From NCBI RefSeq assembly GCF_001194135.2, contig NC_068992.1, positions 20,576,456 through 20,640,069 of the forward strand: a stretch of 63,614 nt of DNA, given 5' to 3'. The notes below the pieces were generated by a model that saw only the letters and a program-made list of their open reading frames with translations, was not told the DNA's origin and did not search any database. The translations under genes were made by a program, and so were the position numbers. This DNA is from Octopus bimaculoides. Lineage: Eukaryota. Below are positions 51,692-63,614 of this stretch, piece by piece; the stretch's first letter is position 1, and the number at the start of each line of letters is the position of its first letter.

Positions 51692-52959
51692 CTTAATAAT
51701 TGTAAAAATACATTGGTGTATAGGTATAACACAAGTCTACACAAATAAATTAACAGATACATATTAGTGTGTGTGTGCGAGTGCGTGTGTGGGGGTATGT
51801 GAGTGTGTTTGTGCGTCTGTGTATAGTGCTAGATATAGATACACAAGCACGCACAAACACATACACACAAAGCACACTCACATACACATACACACATACA
51901 TATATATATGTGTAGATATGTGTGCATTTATTACAAGTTTTATACATTAATATATAACGTTACCATTGCTTCTCTATTATCACTCCATTTCTAATGCTGA
52001 GAAACGAGTAGATGTAATAGATAAGTAAACATTTTAAATTGTATACTTTCAAAAAAAATAGATTGCAAACCGCATAAAATATTGTTTGGGAACAAATACG
52101 CAATTACAGAGTGAACCATGAAAGCTTCTTGTTACCTTACGGCATCAAACACCATTAACAGATAACATCACATTATAATATCTATAGTTTTCATATAAAT
52201 ATCAAGTTCTTTTTTTAAATTAGTTTTTACGTGCACGCGCGGCGAAAAAAAATATATATATTTAAAACTATAAATATTTTCAATTTCCTTGATCAGAACT
52301 TCTTTATCATTAGATGAATTCTTTTCATTTTTGGTTCTTTCCCACCGTTTAACAAAAGCATCATGTGTTTATTTTCTTGTGTTTCTTGCATTCATATATA
52401 TTTTGTGTTAACAAATCAGTTTACTTTCATATTTCCGTAAATACATTTTAACAAATCACTCCATTCATAGAAATGCCATCAAATAACAATAAAACATAGA
52501 TAAATACGAAGTTAAATAACGTTTAAAAAATCAATAGACATCAAATGTGTGAATATACGCATACATATACAAACACAGGTAAAATCACAAATACGAACAT
52601 ATATAAGCACACATAGAATGCATCTAGAATCACATATCAGACAGCATCTTTTAACGCATGACTTTCTGTATATCGCATCTTATTACCGCTCATAATGTAC
52701 AATATGCTTTTAACATATATTACTGAAAATCGTGAGCAAAACCCACAGCCAGTTTGACTCTTAAGAACAAACACGAATAATAAGGGAGGTTATTGAGCTT
52801 AACATTTAATTTTAAATATAGCTGTTGCTTGAAGGAATTTTGAGGAGGAAAACCATAAAAATTATTCATAAATGTATACAGAATTGATTTTACTATATCC
52901 GATATAGGGATTACGCACGTATATCGCCTTCGATAAAATTTACACCAAGCTGTTATCGT

Positions 52960-53257
52960 TGCCTTCTCTGCCGAGATCGACTTTGCCTTTCATCCTTTCG
53001 GGGTCGATAAATTAAGTCCTAGTTGCGTGTTGGGGACGATCTAATCGACTGACACCTTCCCCCAACATTTCGGTCCTTGTGCCTACAGTAGAACAGATTA
53101 TTTTTGCCTTCTCTGCTGAGATCGACTTTGCCTTTCATCCTTACGGGGTCGATACATTAAGTACCAGTTGCCTGTTGGGAACGATCTAATCGACTGATCC
53201 CTACCCCAAAAAGTTCGGGTCTTGTGCCTAGAGTAGAACAGATTATTGCTGCCTTCT
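52960..53257 (+). mobile_element. Tandem pair of 5'-truncated family A SINEs (145-bp period)
   Basis: tgccttct at 52960, 53105 and 53250 bounds two diverged units gccgagatcgactttgcctttcatcc...cttgtgcct..agtagaacagattat. Confidence 0.9.
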
Positions 53258-53984
53258 ATTTCTGGGACAAAATTTACATCATATGAACATCTTAACAGTC
53301 AGTTTTAATACTTGGAGTTCTCTATCAAAGAAATACATGGTCGTACTTGTTAGTGATCTAAAATATGTGATTAAGCCTTTTGTATATTGAAATTGACGTT
53401 CTAAATCATATTGCCTGTTTTAGTTTTTTTTCTCCACGATGCTATTCTTTCATCTGCTTCAACGGTTTTCGACTATTATGGTACGTGTATATTGCAAATA
53501 CAGTCTAACTTTTCATCGACATAAAACAAGATTCTACATATTTGAATGCAAAATTACTAAATAATAATATCTCACATGCCAAATATCCTACAATTTCTCC
53601 TTTTCTCTGCTACTTCACCATTCAGAATAATCGATTGTCTATGTAATTAACTAACTTATTCAAACCACGGTCACTATACTACAGAATGACTTAATACAAA
53701 ACGTTTCATTGAGAATCAATTTCTCAAGGTACCATTTTCTGTAATAGTTAAGAAGCGTACGTTTATTATCAAGTTAACACACCACGTAACACAAACTTCT
53801 AAGTTTAACGTACTACCTTGGATCTGCATTACTTACAGTTTCACATTATTTGCAGGTCTGTTTGTTTGTGCGGTTAAATAAATAAATAAATANNNNNNNN
53901 NNNNNNNNNNNNNNNNNNNNNNNNNNNNNNNNNNNNNNNNNNNNNNNNNNNNNNNNNNNNNNNNNNNNNNNNNNNNNNNNNNNN

Positions 53985-54016
<32 letters not shown>

Positions 54017-54734
54017 ACTATATATACATAACTATATAGATATATGTGTGTCTACGTACGTAAGTATATATGTATATGTGTGTACGCATGTATGTTTTTG
54101 AGTTTGTCGCGCAATCAAGAAACACCATGTATTCGTATGTATATTGCTTCATATATATATTTTTTGTCTTTGTTCTCTATGACTGTTCTGCACTGACGTA
54201 TTTCTATTATAGTCTATCTATCGTGTCCATTTATGTATAAACCAGAAGGTTACGTTAAACTGAGCAACGCTAATTGAAGAATACATGTGACAGCCAACCG
54301 GACTGCTTTTATGTTCGGACGGCAAAGTTTGAGTCATAGAACGTGCATTCGTGTGTATGTTGTTTCGACGCATTCCCCGTAAAGTATATTGTTGTTATAT
54401 CTATATCACTTTTTTCAATACGAACGCACACACGCACGCACACTGACACACATACACACACGAGCATAAAGGCACACACGGGGTGGGGGACGCGTACACA
54501 TACACACACCCATACGTATGAATTTACATATATATAAAAACACGTTTTCATACATATTTCAGCGTTACCGAGATTTCGATGTGTTGTACATAGTTGTACA
54601 TGCAGCCACATATATACACGGATATTATGCCTTGCACTCTCTCACTCTATTCAGTATATGCGATATATATATAAATGTAACCACACGTGGGCCGCTGGCG
54701 ATTTTTCTTATTCGTCTTGGGTCTTTTCCTCTTT

Positions 54735-54835
54735 TTCGTTTCGGATGAAGAGCTATGCTCGAAACGTTAAATATTCTCTTCTTTCACCGAGCTTCAGACT
54801 AATGTAATTTTTGTGTACGTCTTCACGTGCCTTTT
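54735..54835 (+). mobile_element. Short repeat with Penelope-type minimal hammerhead-like motif, copy 3 (core variant CGGAUGA)
   Basis: cggatga-a-gagc-tat-gctc-gaaa-cgt-t at 54742-54768, then ttctttcaccgagc as in copy 1. Confidence 0.5.
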
Positions 54836-56199
54836 TCTCTCTCTTTTCGTCTTTCATTCATCTTTTGAACTATATATACATACACACACACACACACACA
54901 CACANNNNNNNNNNNNNNNNNNNNNNNNNNNNNNNNNNNNNNNNNNNNNNNNNNNNNNNNNNNNNNNNNNNNNNNNNNNNNNNNNNNNNNNNNNNNNNNA
55001 TATATATATATATATATATATATACATCTGCACATGTGCACACACGCATATATACAAATTTATATGGATTTCTCTCTGACTGCATTTACCAACTTACACA
55101 TACATATTGCGAAATATATTTGAAAGAAAGACGTGGACGAGTAATTATGATTTTCTTGACAATAGAAGATTAAGTGGCCTCAAGTGTATCTAAACGTAAT
55201 CCTTTGCTAAATTAATTTAAGCCTTATAAATGATGTGACTCTTATTGTCTAAGTAGCTATATTGTAACCAGAAAATCTGTCGCCATCATGTCTCCACTGG
55301 ACTCTAACTACCCTGTTTTATAATCAGTTCTTTGTTTCAGATAATATTAATCATGTAATTACAAATACTGTATAATGAACAGAAACATAACATAGAAATT
55401 GCTTTCTTATGGCATTCACTCAGCCATTAACTTCGGCATCTGATTCTATTCTAAAGTAATTAATTCCAAAGACTTTCGTTTTCCGGTATTGGAAGACATG
55501 ATTATATGAAATATATACATATATACATTTTCTTTGTAAATATGACTAATCAAATTAGCGACTTCAAATATAGCAACTTACGGAATGTATGTTTATTAAA
55601 ATCAAACCTCATTGTAGTATATACATATGTATATGCGTGCGTGTGTGTGTGTATGTGTGAGTGTGAGATTGTGTGTGCATATTTATGCTTACGTATATAT
55701 AGATATATGTGTATATATGAATATAGATATATACAAACAACTTGTGTGCTCACACACAGGTTTGTGTATGTATATGCGTCCGTGTGTGCGTTTGTTTTAT
55801 GTGTGTTCCCGCGTGCATGTATGATTGTCTGTCTGTGAGGTGTCAGTGTGTATGTAACAATGCAGAAAAGACAAAATGTCGCTATTTTGACACTATTTAA
55901 TATACATGTTTTTAGTAGTTATGTACGTTCGCCCTGACATAAGCAACATTCTTCTGCCGAGCATTTCGTAATATGGGCAGTAAACCACAAGTTTGCCTTT
56001 GTCCTTCATATAAACAACAGCTGTCGGGTTATCTTGCCACTCATATCCACGTTTCCGGAATTTTCTGGAAGTCAGCACGTCCCTTCCACCGTCACATTTC
56101 TTCCCAAGTGAAACTTGATGGCGAATACGTTGCCAGCTATTTAAAGGCCGACGCTTCTTCCAGGTTGTAAACAAGCGTGGGTCGATCTTCACTGAGGAC

Positions 56200-56880
56200 T
56201 GAAGATGATAGATGGATCTGTCCTGTATTCGACCGCAAGAATTCGATATATCTCTAGAAGGCAGCATGCACGGGCACTGCAGGAATACGCGCAAGGCTAT
56301 TCCGTCACTGTGTTCGCAGCGCAGGCCCGGTTAACTGAATTTCCATAACTGCGGATATTCTGATGGAATTGCTCCTACTATGCTAACACAGCTAGAACAG
56401 AGACTTCCAGCTCCAAAAGTCCTCCTGAAAAACAGGCGATTGATCCTTTTCACCCAGTGTCACCTTGACATTCCTGTCACCCAAGCCCACCACTAACTCT
56501 CTACAGAATACCAAAGAGGTAATTCCATTCCTAACTAGCAGAGGACTATAAGCATTTGAAGATTGCCTAGGTGTCAGTCAATCAACATACGTGTACACTT
56601 GATCAAGGACTTCAGTCGTGTCAAGGAGATGCGCTCTGGTAATAGGTGTCTGCAAAAATGAATCGTAACTACTCACCGCCACTGTCGTGAGATATCTCGG
56701 TATTAGTGCACGTCGACCAATCATCATTTTCCACAAACGTGGACTTCCACTCAGTGGAGCTGGACAGTAAATACCATCTGACGGTATGATAAACGCCATG
56801 TCCACTGAGATCGGAAGAGCAGGCGCTTCAGTCCTGGAAAACCTGCAGTGACGCAAGATTTGAGGGCCATAATTCAAAGA
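56200..56880 (+). mobile_element. Degenerate RTE-clade LINE, apurinic endonuclease region
   Basis: GC-richer block with ordered motif remnants across frameshifts: LQEYAQGYSV (~LQEHGAGYTL), APTML (~YAPTM), RIPK, AFEDCLG (~AW..CLG), HLI (~HLIDY), PAVTQDLRAIIQ. Confidence 0.5.
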
Positions 56881-57625
56881 AGCAATGTAAACTTACGCTA
56901 CACATGTTTGGCTTTCATGGATAGTTTCTATTAGTGAAAATATCACTACTTGTATTAAGATTAATATTACACAGCTTAGGCTTAGTATACCAGAGGTGCT
57001 TTCTGATTTGTGAAACGTTTCTACAACATTATAAACCAATAAACACTATCTACAAGATACAAATATTTGAGATCATAAAATAATAACAATTCACTAAAGA
57101 TATTTTATTAAGTGTGACAGCCCTTTCAGTCGGCTCGAACAAATTGGCGCTGAGTTCTCTTGTGTAACACAAGAGTGCGAGGTGGATCCTAAAAGGTCAA
57201 AGACATTTATATCTAAATTTAGAAAGACACGGAAATTACATTCGCGGAATGTAAACGGTAAGGTATTAAGTAGAGAGAATATGATTTGAATAATTTCAAA
57301 ATTTCAGCAGATTTCTTTAAGATAATTTTGTTGTGTCTACCAGTTCATGCTTATAAGTTTACGATGCTCCTCTTTGTGTATGTATGTATGTGTGTGTGTG
57401 GGTGTGTGTGTGTGCCCTCACGTGTGTAAGTGCATTGTGTGTCACTGGGTGTGTAGTTGTGCGCGTGTCTGTCCATGTATATATACGTGTCTACATGTAT
57501 AATATATATACATGTATATATGTACAAATGAATAAATATGTGAATATATATGAATGTATATGTATGTTTATATATATGTGTGTAATATATATATAATATA
57601 TATATACACACACACACACATATAT

Positions 57626-57663
<38 letters not shown>

Positions 57664-60600
57664 GTATATGTGTCTATATGGTTATATNNNNNNNNNNNNN
57701 NNNNNNNNNNNNNNNNNNNNNNNNNNNNNNNNNNNNNNNNNNNNNNNNNNNNNNNNNNNNNNNNNNNNNNNNNNNNNNNNNNNNNNNNNNNNNNNNNNNN
57801 NNNNNNNNNNNNNNNNNNNNNNNNNNNNNNNNNNNNNNNNNNNNNNNNNNNNNNNNNNNNNNNNNNNNNNNNNNNNNNNNNNNNNNNNNNNNNNNNNNNN
57901 NNNNNNNNNNNNNNNNNNNNNNNNNNNNNNNNNNNNNNNNNNNNNNNNNNNNNNNNNNNNNNNNNNNNNNNNNNNNNNNNNNNNNNNNNNNNNNNNNNNN
58001 NNNNNNNNNNNNNNNNNNNNNNNNNNNNNNNNNNNNNNNNNNNNNNNTATATATATATATAAATATATATATGTATGTGTGCGTGTGTCTTTGTATCTAT
58101 GTATGTATATGTATGTATGTATGTATATATATATATATATTTATGTATATGTGTCTATATGGTTATATATATACAAACATCTATTCGTGTATATTATACC
58201 AATTACTTAAAACGCTATTACGACATTCTCACACGCACATAGTTATGTATGTATGTGTGTGTCTGTGTGTGTATGTGTGCGCGTATAGATGTATGTACAC
58301 ACATATACATATTTATAAAGCAAAATAGATTATTATCATATATAGAATAAGAGAAAAAGATACGTAAATGGATAGACAGACCGACGCACATAGCTCACAC
58401 ATACATATATGATATATATATATATATATATANNNNNNNNNNNNNNNNNNNNNNNNNNNNNNNNNNNNNNNNNNNNNNNNNNNNNNNNNNNNNNNNNNNN
58501 NNNNNNNNNNNNNNNNNNNNNNNNNNNNNNNNNNNNNNNNNNNNNNNNNNNNNNNNNNNNNNNNNNNNNNNNNNNNNNNNNNNNNNNNNNNNNNNNNNNN
58601 NNNNNNNNNNNNNNNNNNNNNNNNNNNNNNNNNNNNNNNNNNNNNNNNNNNNNNNNNNNNNNNNNNNNNNNNNNNNNNNNNNNNNNNNNNNNNNNNNNNN
58701 NNNNNNNNNNNNNNNNNNNNNNNNNNNNNNNNNNNNNNNNNNNNNNNNNNNNNNNNNNNNNNNNNNNNNNNNNNNNNNNNNNNNNNNNNNNNNNNNNNNN
58801 NNNNNNNNNNNNNNNNNNNNNNNNNNNNNNNNNNNNNNNNNNNNNNNNNNNNNNNNNNNNNNNNNNNNNNNNNNNNNNNNNNNNNNNNNNNNNNNNNNNN
58901 NNNNNNNNNNNNNNNNNNNNNNNNNNNNNNNNNNNNNNNNNNNNNNNNNNNNNNNNNNNNNNNNNNNNNNNNNNNNNNNNNNNNNNNNNNNNNNNNNNNN
59001 NNNNNNNNNNNNNNATATATATAGGGAGAGAGAGAGAAAGAGAAAGAGTGAGAGAGAGAGAACGTGAGTAAAAGACAGCACGATATATATGTAGATATAT
59101 AAACAGACACAGATAGATAGATAGATAGATAGATAGATATGTTATTATTTGTGCACTTAACCTATAATTATTCTTTTTGTTTGAATTATCGATTTTCTTC
59201 ATGAAAGAGAAAGTTCAACACTTTTGTAGTCACAACTCAGTGATACCCACACAAATTATGATTTGATATATTCTTACATGTTGCTTGACGCGTTTCGCCA
59301 CATTAAACAACAAATATACTACTGTGTGCCCTGAAGCGATCATCTACGCCTTGGGTTCAGCTACTGGAAAGGCCAATCAATTCTCTCTGTAGGGACACTA
59401 ACATATCAACAGGTACATATTAGAGAGTGTAGATATAGCAATTGCAAGCCTAAAGAATCCAATACACCGCTTATAGTATGAAGACCATTAGTCGTAGGTC
59501 CGTTTCTTTATGGCCTATGCACTTTACTAATCGTACGGCACGCTGGAAATGGCAACGACATTTTTTCTCAACTCGCACGCTACACTGTCTTTACAATCGA
59601 CCCATTTGATAATGGATTTATGTATTCAACCTGTCTCTTTATAAGATTAGCGGTTCAATGATGTAGCTGGGAACATGGATTTTTAGTGATTTCTCTTGTT
59701 TTCGCGTCCTGATTTGTAAATTCAACAGGTCATCTGCTCAGAGTAGGTGATTGTTTGGCGACGCAAGATGTGTTATAAACACTTGGCTTGGCTGTATGTA
59801 CAATGCATGAAACTATTGGTATGTATACTGTGTACATGTAATGATATTTAATTCTTACTGGGTGGATAATTTTTTGTCACTCTTACCTTGACGGTAAAGA
59901 AAACTATACATAGATAAATACATACATATGTACATACACACACTTTAATAAATGCTTTATACGCACACGTACACACACATACATGTGGTATGTATATGTA
60001 TATGCGTAATGTTGCGTTCATCTCTAAGATTAACAATAATGTACTCCATCAGCGAGAGATTAGTATTATTTAATGCACATAGAATTTAATCGCAACCTTC
60101 TATAAGTTTCATGCACACTATGATAATATAATCGGGATATCTTCTATAGAGTGCCGTGTACTATCGCATGCTACAGTAATGAAGTGAATTTTAAATCCTA
60201 CCTATAATAAATGAAATGTGTGTCGACGTATTTGAGTGTGTGTTTTCTTTTGCATGTGTGGGTATGCATGTAAGTATTGATTTCGAAACATTATTCGCTG
60301 GAACTATATTCAGCTGTCTATCTTTCTTGTTCCTCAGCTCTGTAGAAAGTGCAATCTTTCCTATACAACTTACACAACTCATCACGATAATAAAAATGTA
60401 CAAACTAGATATAAATAGACTTGTACCTTTTAGTATCGCTAAAAATGTAACGTAATTTACCTAATCAAAACTTATCCTAACGTCAGAATAATATTTGTTG
60501 CTATTCATCCATTCAAATGATTATCAATTACTTTTATCTTCTTTCTTTTCTGCAAGGCAGGTCAAAGGAAAATGACTATATAATAGCTCTGTGTGATGAC

Positions 60601-61429
60601 AGAAATTGTCAGCCGCAAAAAAATAGAACACAAAGACTTCAAAGAGGAAGTGACTGGAAGAGATGCGTCCTGCTTAATCATGTTAAATTGTGTGTATCAA
60701 CGAACCAGCAAATTATTGCAGTATAGCGCAACATGTCTGTTGATTGATCACGTGCAATAGTTAAATACTCTTAAATGCTTGGCCATCCGCATTTACCAAG
60801 GTAACTTCATGCTAGGAACTAAAGCAATTCTCATCGTCATTTCACTATGATAAATATGATTTTACAGGGGCACAAGATATACTGGTATAATATATGCAAA
60901 CGCTTTCACAATACATTTATTCATATTATACACTTCTCTCTTTTATTTGCAGTGGTTTTGCCTCAATTTCTGGGTTAATCACCCCACGAGAAAGTAAATG
61001 GAATTATTATACGCATATTAAAATTCGATGTTTATATTACGATTGCGTTGATTCACATATCTACCTTTTCCCGATTGCTTTTCTTGTTGGTGTCGTAGTA
61101 TATAAAGGCGAGTTGTTATTGATTGAGCATAACTCTGATCAAGATCATTCCAGCCATGAATATGCTGTCAGCATAATGTTATCAAAATATGTATGAAACT
61201 AACTTTTTCTCATGTGATCACCTTAGAATAAGAGTTGTGCTAAAATTTGAGAGAGGTTACAGTGGTATTTCTGGCATATCAAGCAACCTCATCGCTTAAT
61301 ATACAATGTACCAAAGGTCCAGCAGTAGGCTGAAGGAGAAAAATTATATTTCTTTACTAGCACTTAGTTATGTATCGAAATTAGCAATGAACGGCATATT
61401 TTCTCCTGAACAATCTGTATGTATGGGTG

Positions 61430-61481
<52 letters not shown>

Positions 61482-62961
61482 AAGAGAGAGAGAAAAAGAG
61501 AAAGAGATTGATTGATAAATTGACTGATTGATTAATAGATAGATAAATATATCAACGTTTAAATGTACATGTCCACTCACACACACACACATACACGCAC
61601 ACACATATATGTACGATATATACGTAAAAACTTGAATATTCGATCGACAAATGGACACACAAAAATATCATACCTCATGAATTACCAGGCAAAATCTACT
61701 TTTGTACATTTTATGGCCCTCACTTGCTTGTTAGTTCACAAGAACTATATGACACCGATCAATCGCTTTCCTTATTAGAGAAAATATGAGAATATATTTC
61801 GAAACATACAAAATATTTCCAAAATGCTTTTGTCTTTGGCAAATTGCTAGCCAGTAAATTAGGAAGTCGGGAGGGGCTTTCGAAGGAGAGACCTTCTACA
61901 CCAGTCATATCTGATCACACAGCACTACAGACGTAGCGCGACCGGCACACTGATATCTTAAGAAATAAACCTCGCAAAACCGCCAGTAGCAATAAAACAT
62001 GTATTTCCAATGCTATAACAACACATTGTAGGATCACAAGCGAAACTGTCACCGCAACAATTACTCCAATGAGAAATAACAAGGAGAGAGTCAACAATGA
62101 TAACAACAGTAGCCGCAGTGAGTCTCGAGTAAATAAATGGGGTTTTTTTGCGAAGATTAACAGTTTTCGATCTTATCTCACTCGGCAAAATTCATGAACA
62201 TTGAGAAGAGGTAAAGAAACGCATCTTCTTCAACAGAGAATATTTATGCATAATCTTCTGGAACACCTACATGCTCAGTGAAAAAGGAAAACAATTTGTT
62301 ATTTTATTCGACTGTAATACAACTTGCATCCAACTTCTGCTAAGTATTTTCAAATCTCGTCAAACAACAGCAGCATCGAAAACTAAACAGCTACAGCAAC
62401 TAATACAGCATGATACCACAGCAACAGTACTTGGAGTGTCGACTTTAGGATTGAAATCACCGCATATAATCACCAACTGATTATCTAATCAAGAGGTAAT
62501 AGTTAGAACAAACCATTTTTTATTCTATCGAACTTACAGTCTTTCACGGTTTTTTCGACCTGCTGTTACACTTCTCATCCGAGTCTAGCTGGAAGATAAA
62601 ATCGACAGGCAATTTTTTTCTAATTATTGAGGGATAGAGTCTACCGTGTACAGTAATTCCTCGTTATATAGCAGTTCACCTATCGCAGTTTTTTTTATTT
62701 AAGCTTATGTTGATTCCTCCGTGGTGTCGTTTATATATATAAATTATAAAAGTAATAAAAAATATATACAGTACAGAATTTTTTTTTTTTTTTACTTCGC
62801 GAATTTTAACCGAACGCGAAGCGTGATAGTTGACTTTGAAACATTTAGCGCTGCCCCGGTGACAAAATATATATGTGTAGTTTCTTAATATTTTAATTAT
62901 CTAATATGTTATTGACGGTACTGAGAGTATTAACGGAAATAAAAATAAAGGTAATCGTAGC

Positions 62962-63100
<139 letters not shown>

Positions 63101-63614
63101 CAATAATAAAAATTCTTATAAGATACAAGATGGAGACGTAATATATCCTCGTTCGTATGAGACTTTTCTCTAGAAAAGCAATTTTCTATATTGCATACCT
63201 GGTTAATGTCATTTACGAAAATCTCTAGAACATTTTCTTTCGAGTAGACGATTTGTCTACCCAATATTTTCATATCCATTATCCTCTAAAAAAATACTGC
63301 AAATAAACATATCAACACTTTATATATTTACGATTCTATTTACTTATTTATATGCGTATGATTTATTTTAATTCTGGTTCTTATTTTTCATTAGAATGCT
63401 ATATATTTTGGCGAGGTTATTCTAATATTTTTAATATTGAAAACATGAAGCAAGCAAAAATCTATGAAATTTATATTCACTGTCATGATATCCGTTTCCT
63501 GTATATACACACGCTATTGCAATGATGTATACATCGTTACTCACACATAAACCCCACAAACGCAATCACACGACCACACATACACATACATATACATATA
63601 TATATATATATATA

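Noticed and set aside
57157-57175. 19-bp palindrome ctcttgtgt-a-acacaagag
   Set aside because: An isolated short palindrome is expected by chance in 63 kb.
57640-58170. Same ~40-bp sequence (tttatgtatatgtgtctatatggttatat) on both sides of a gap
   Set aside because: Probably a collapsed tandem repeat or contig-overlap artefact.
60530-60750. Long pyrimidine tract plus AG followed by open frames of about 55 codons
   Set aside because: No recognisable product or clear donor site.
62648-62700. tacagtaattcctcgttatatagc resembling a pogo/Tigger-type terminus
   Set aside because: No matching opposite terminus was found.

Overview
This window is AT-rich, microsatellite-saturated eukaryotic DNA from a draft assembly, with 18 N-gaps, most of them abutting (TA)n or (CA)n tracts. 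The tRNA-derived SINE families resemble those I recall from Octopus genomes, so the source is probably a cephalopod; this is inference from memory, not a database match. I cannot support any protein-coding gene: most listed ORFs are microsatellite or N artefacts, or TE fragments. What the window does contain is a collection of mobile-element relics: about 14 pieces of two tRNA-SINE families, a third tRNA-like SINE in an inverted cluster, two fold-back mariner derivatives sharing one internal inversion breakpoint, two maT/DD37D-type transposase relics, a Helitron/PIF1-helicase fossil, a Penelope GIY-YIG fragment, three Penelope-type minimal hammerhead-like motifs, a HERO-like non-LTR 3' end and an RTE endonuclease relic. 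The best leads are the fold-back mariner family (possible hairpin-RNA or dominant-negative silencer), the hammerhead-like motifs and several local inverted repeats that could form dsRNA. I see no convincing new multi-gene system. Coordinates were read by eye and are approximate at element edges.
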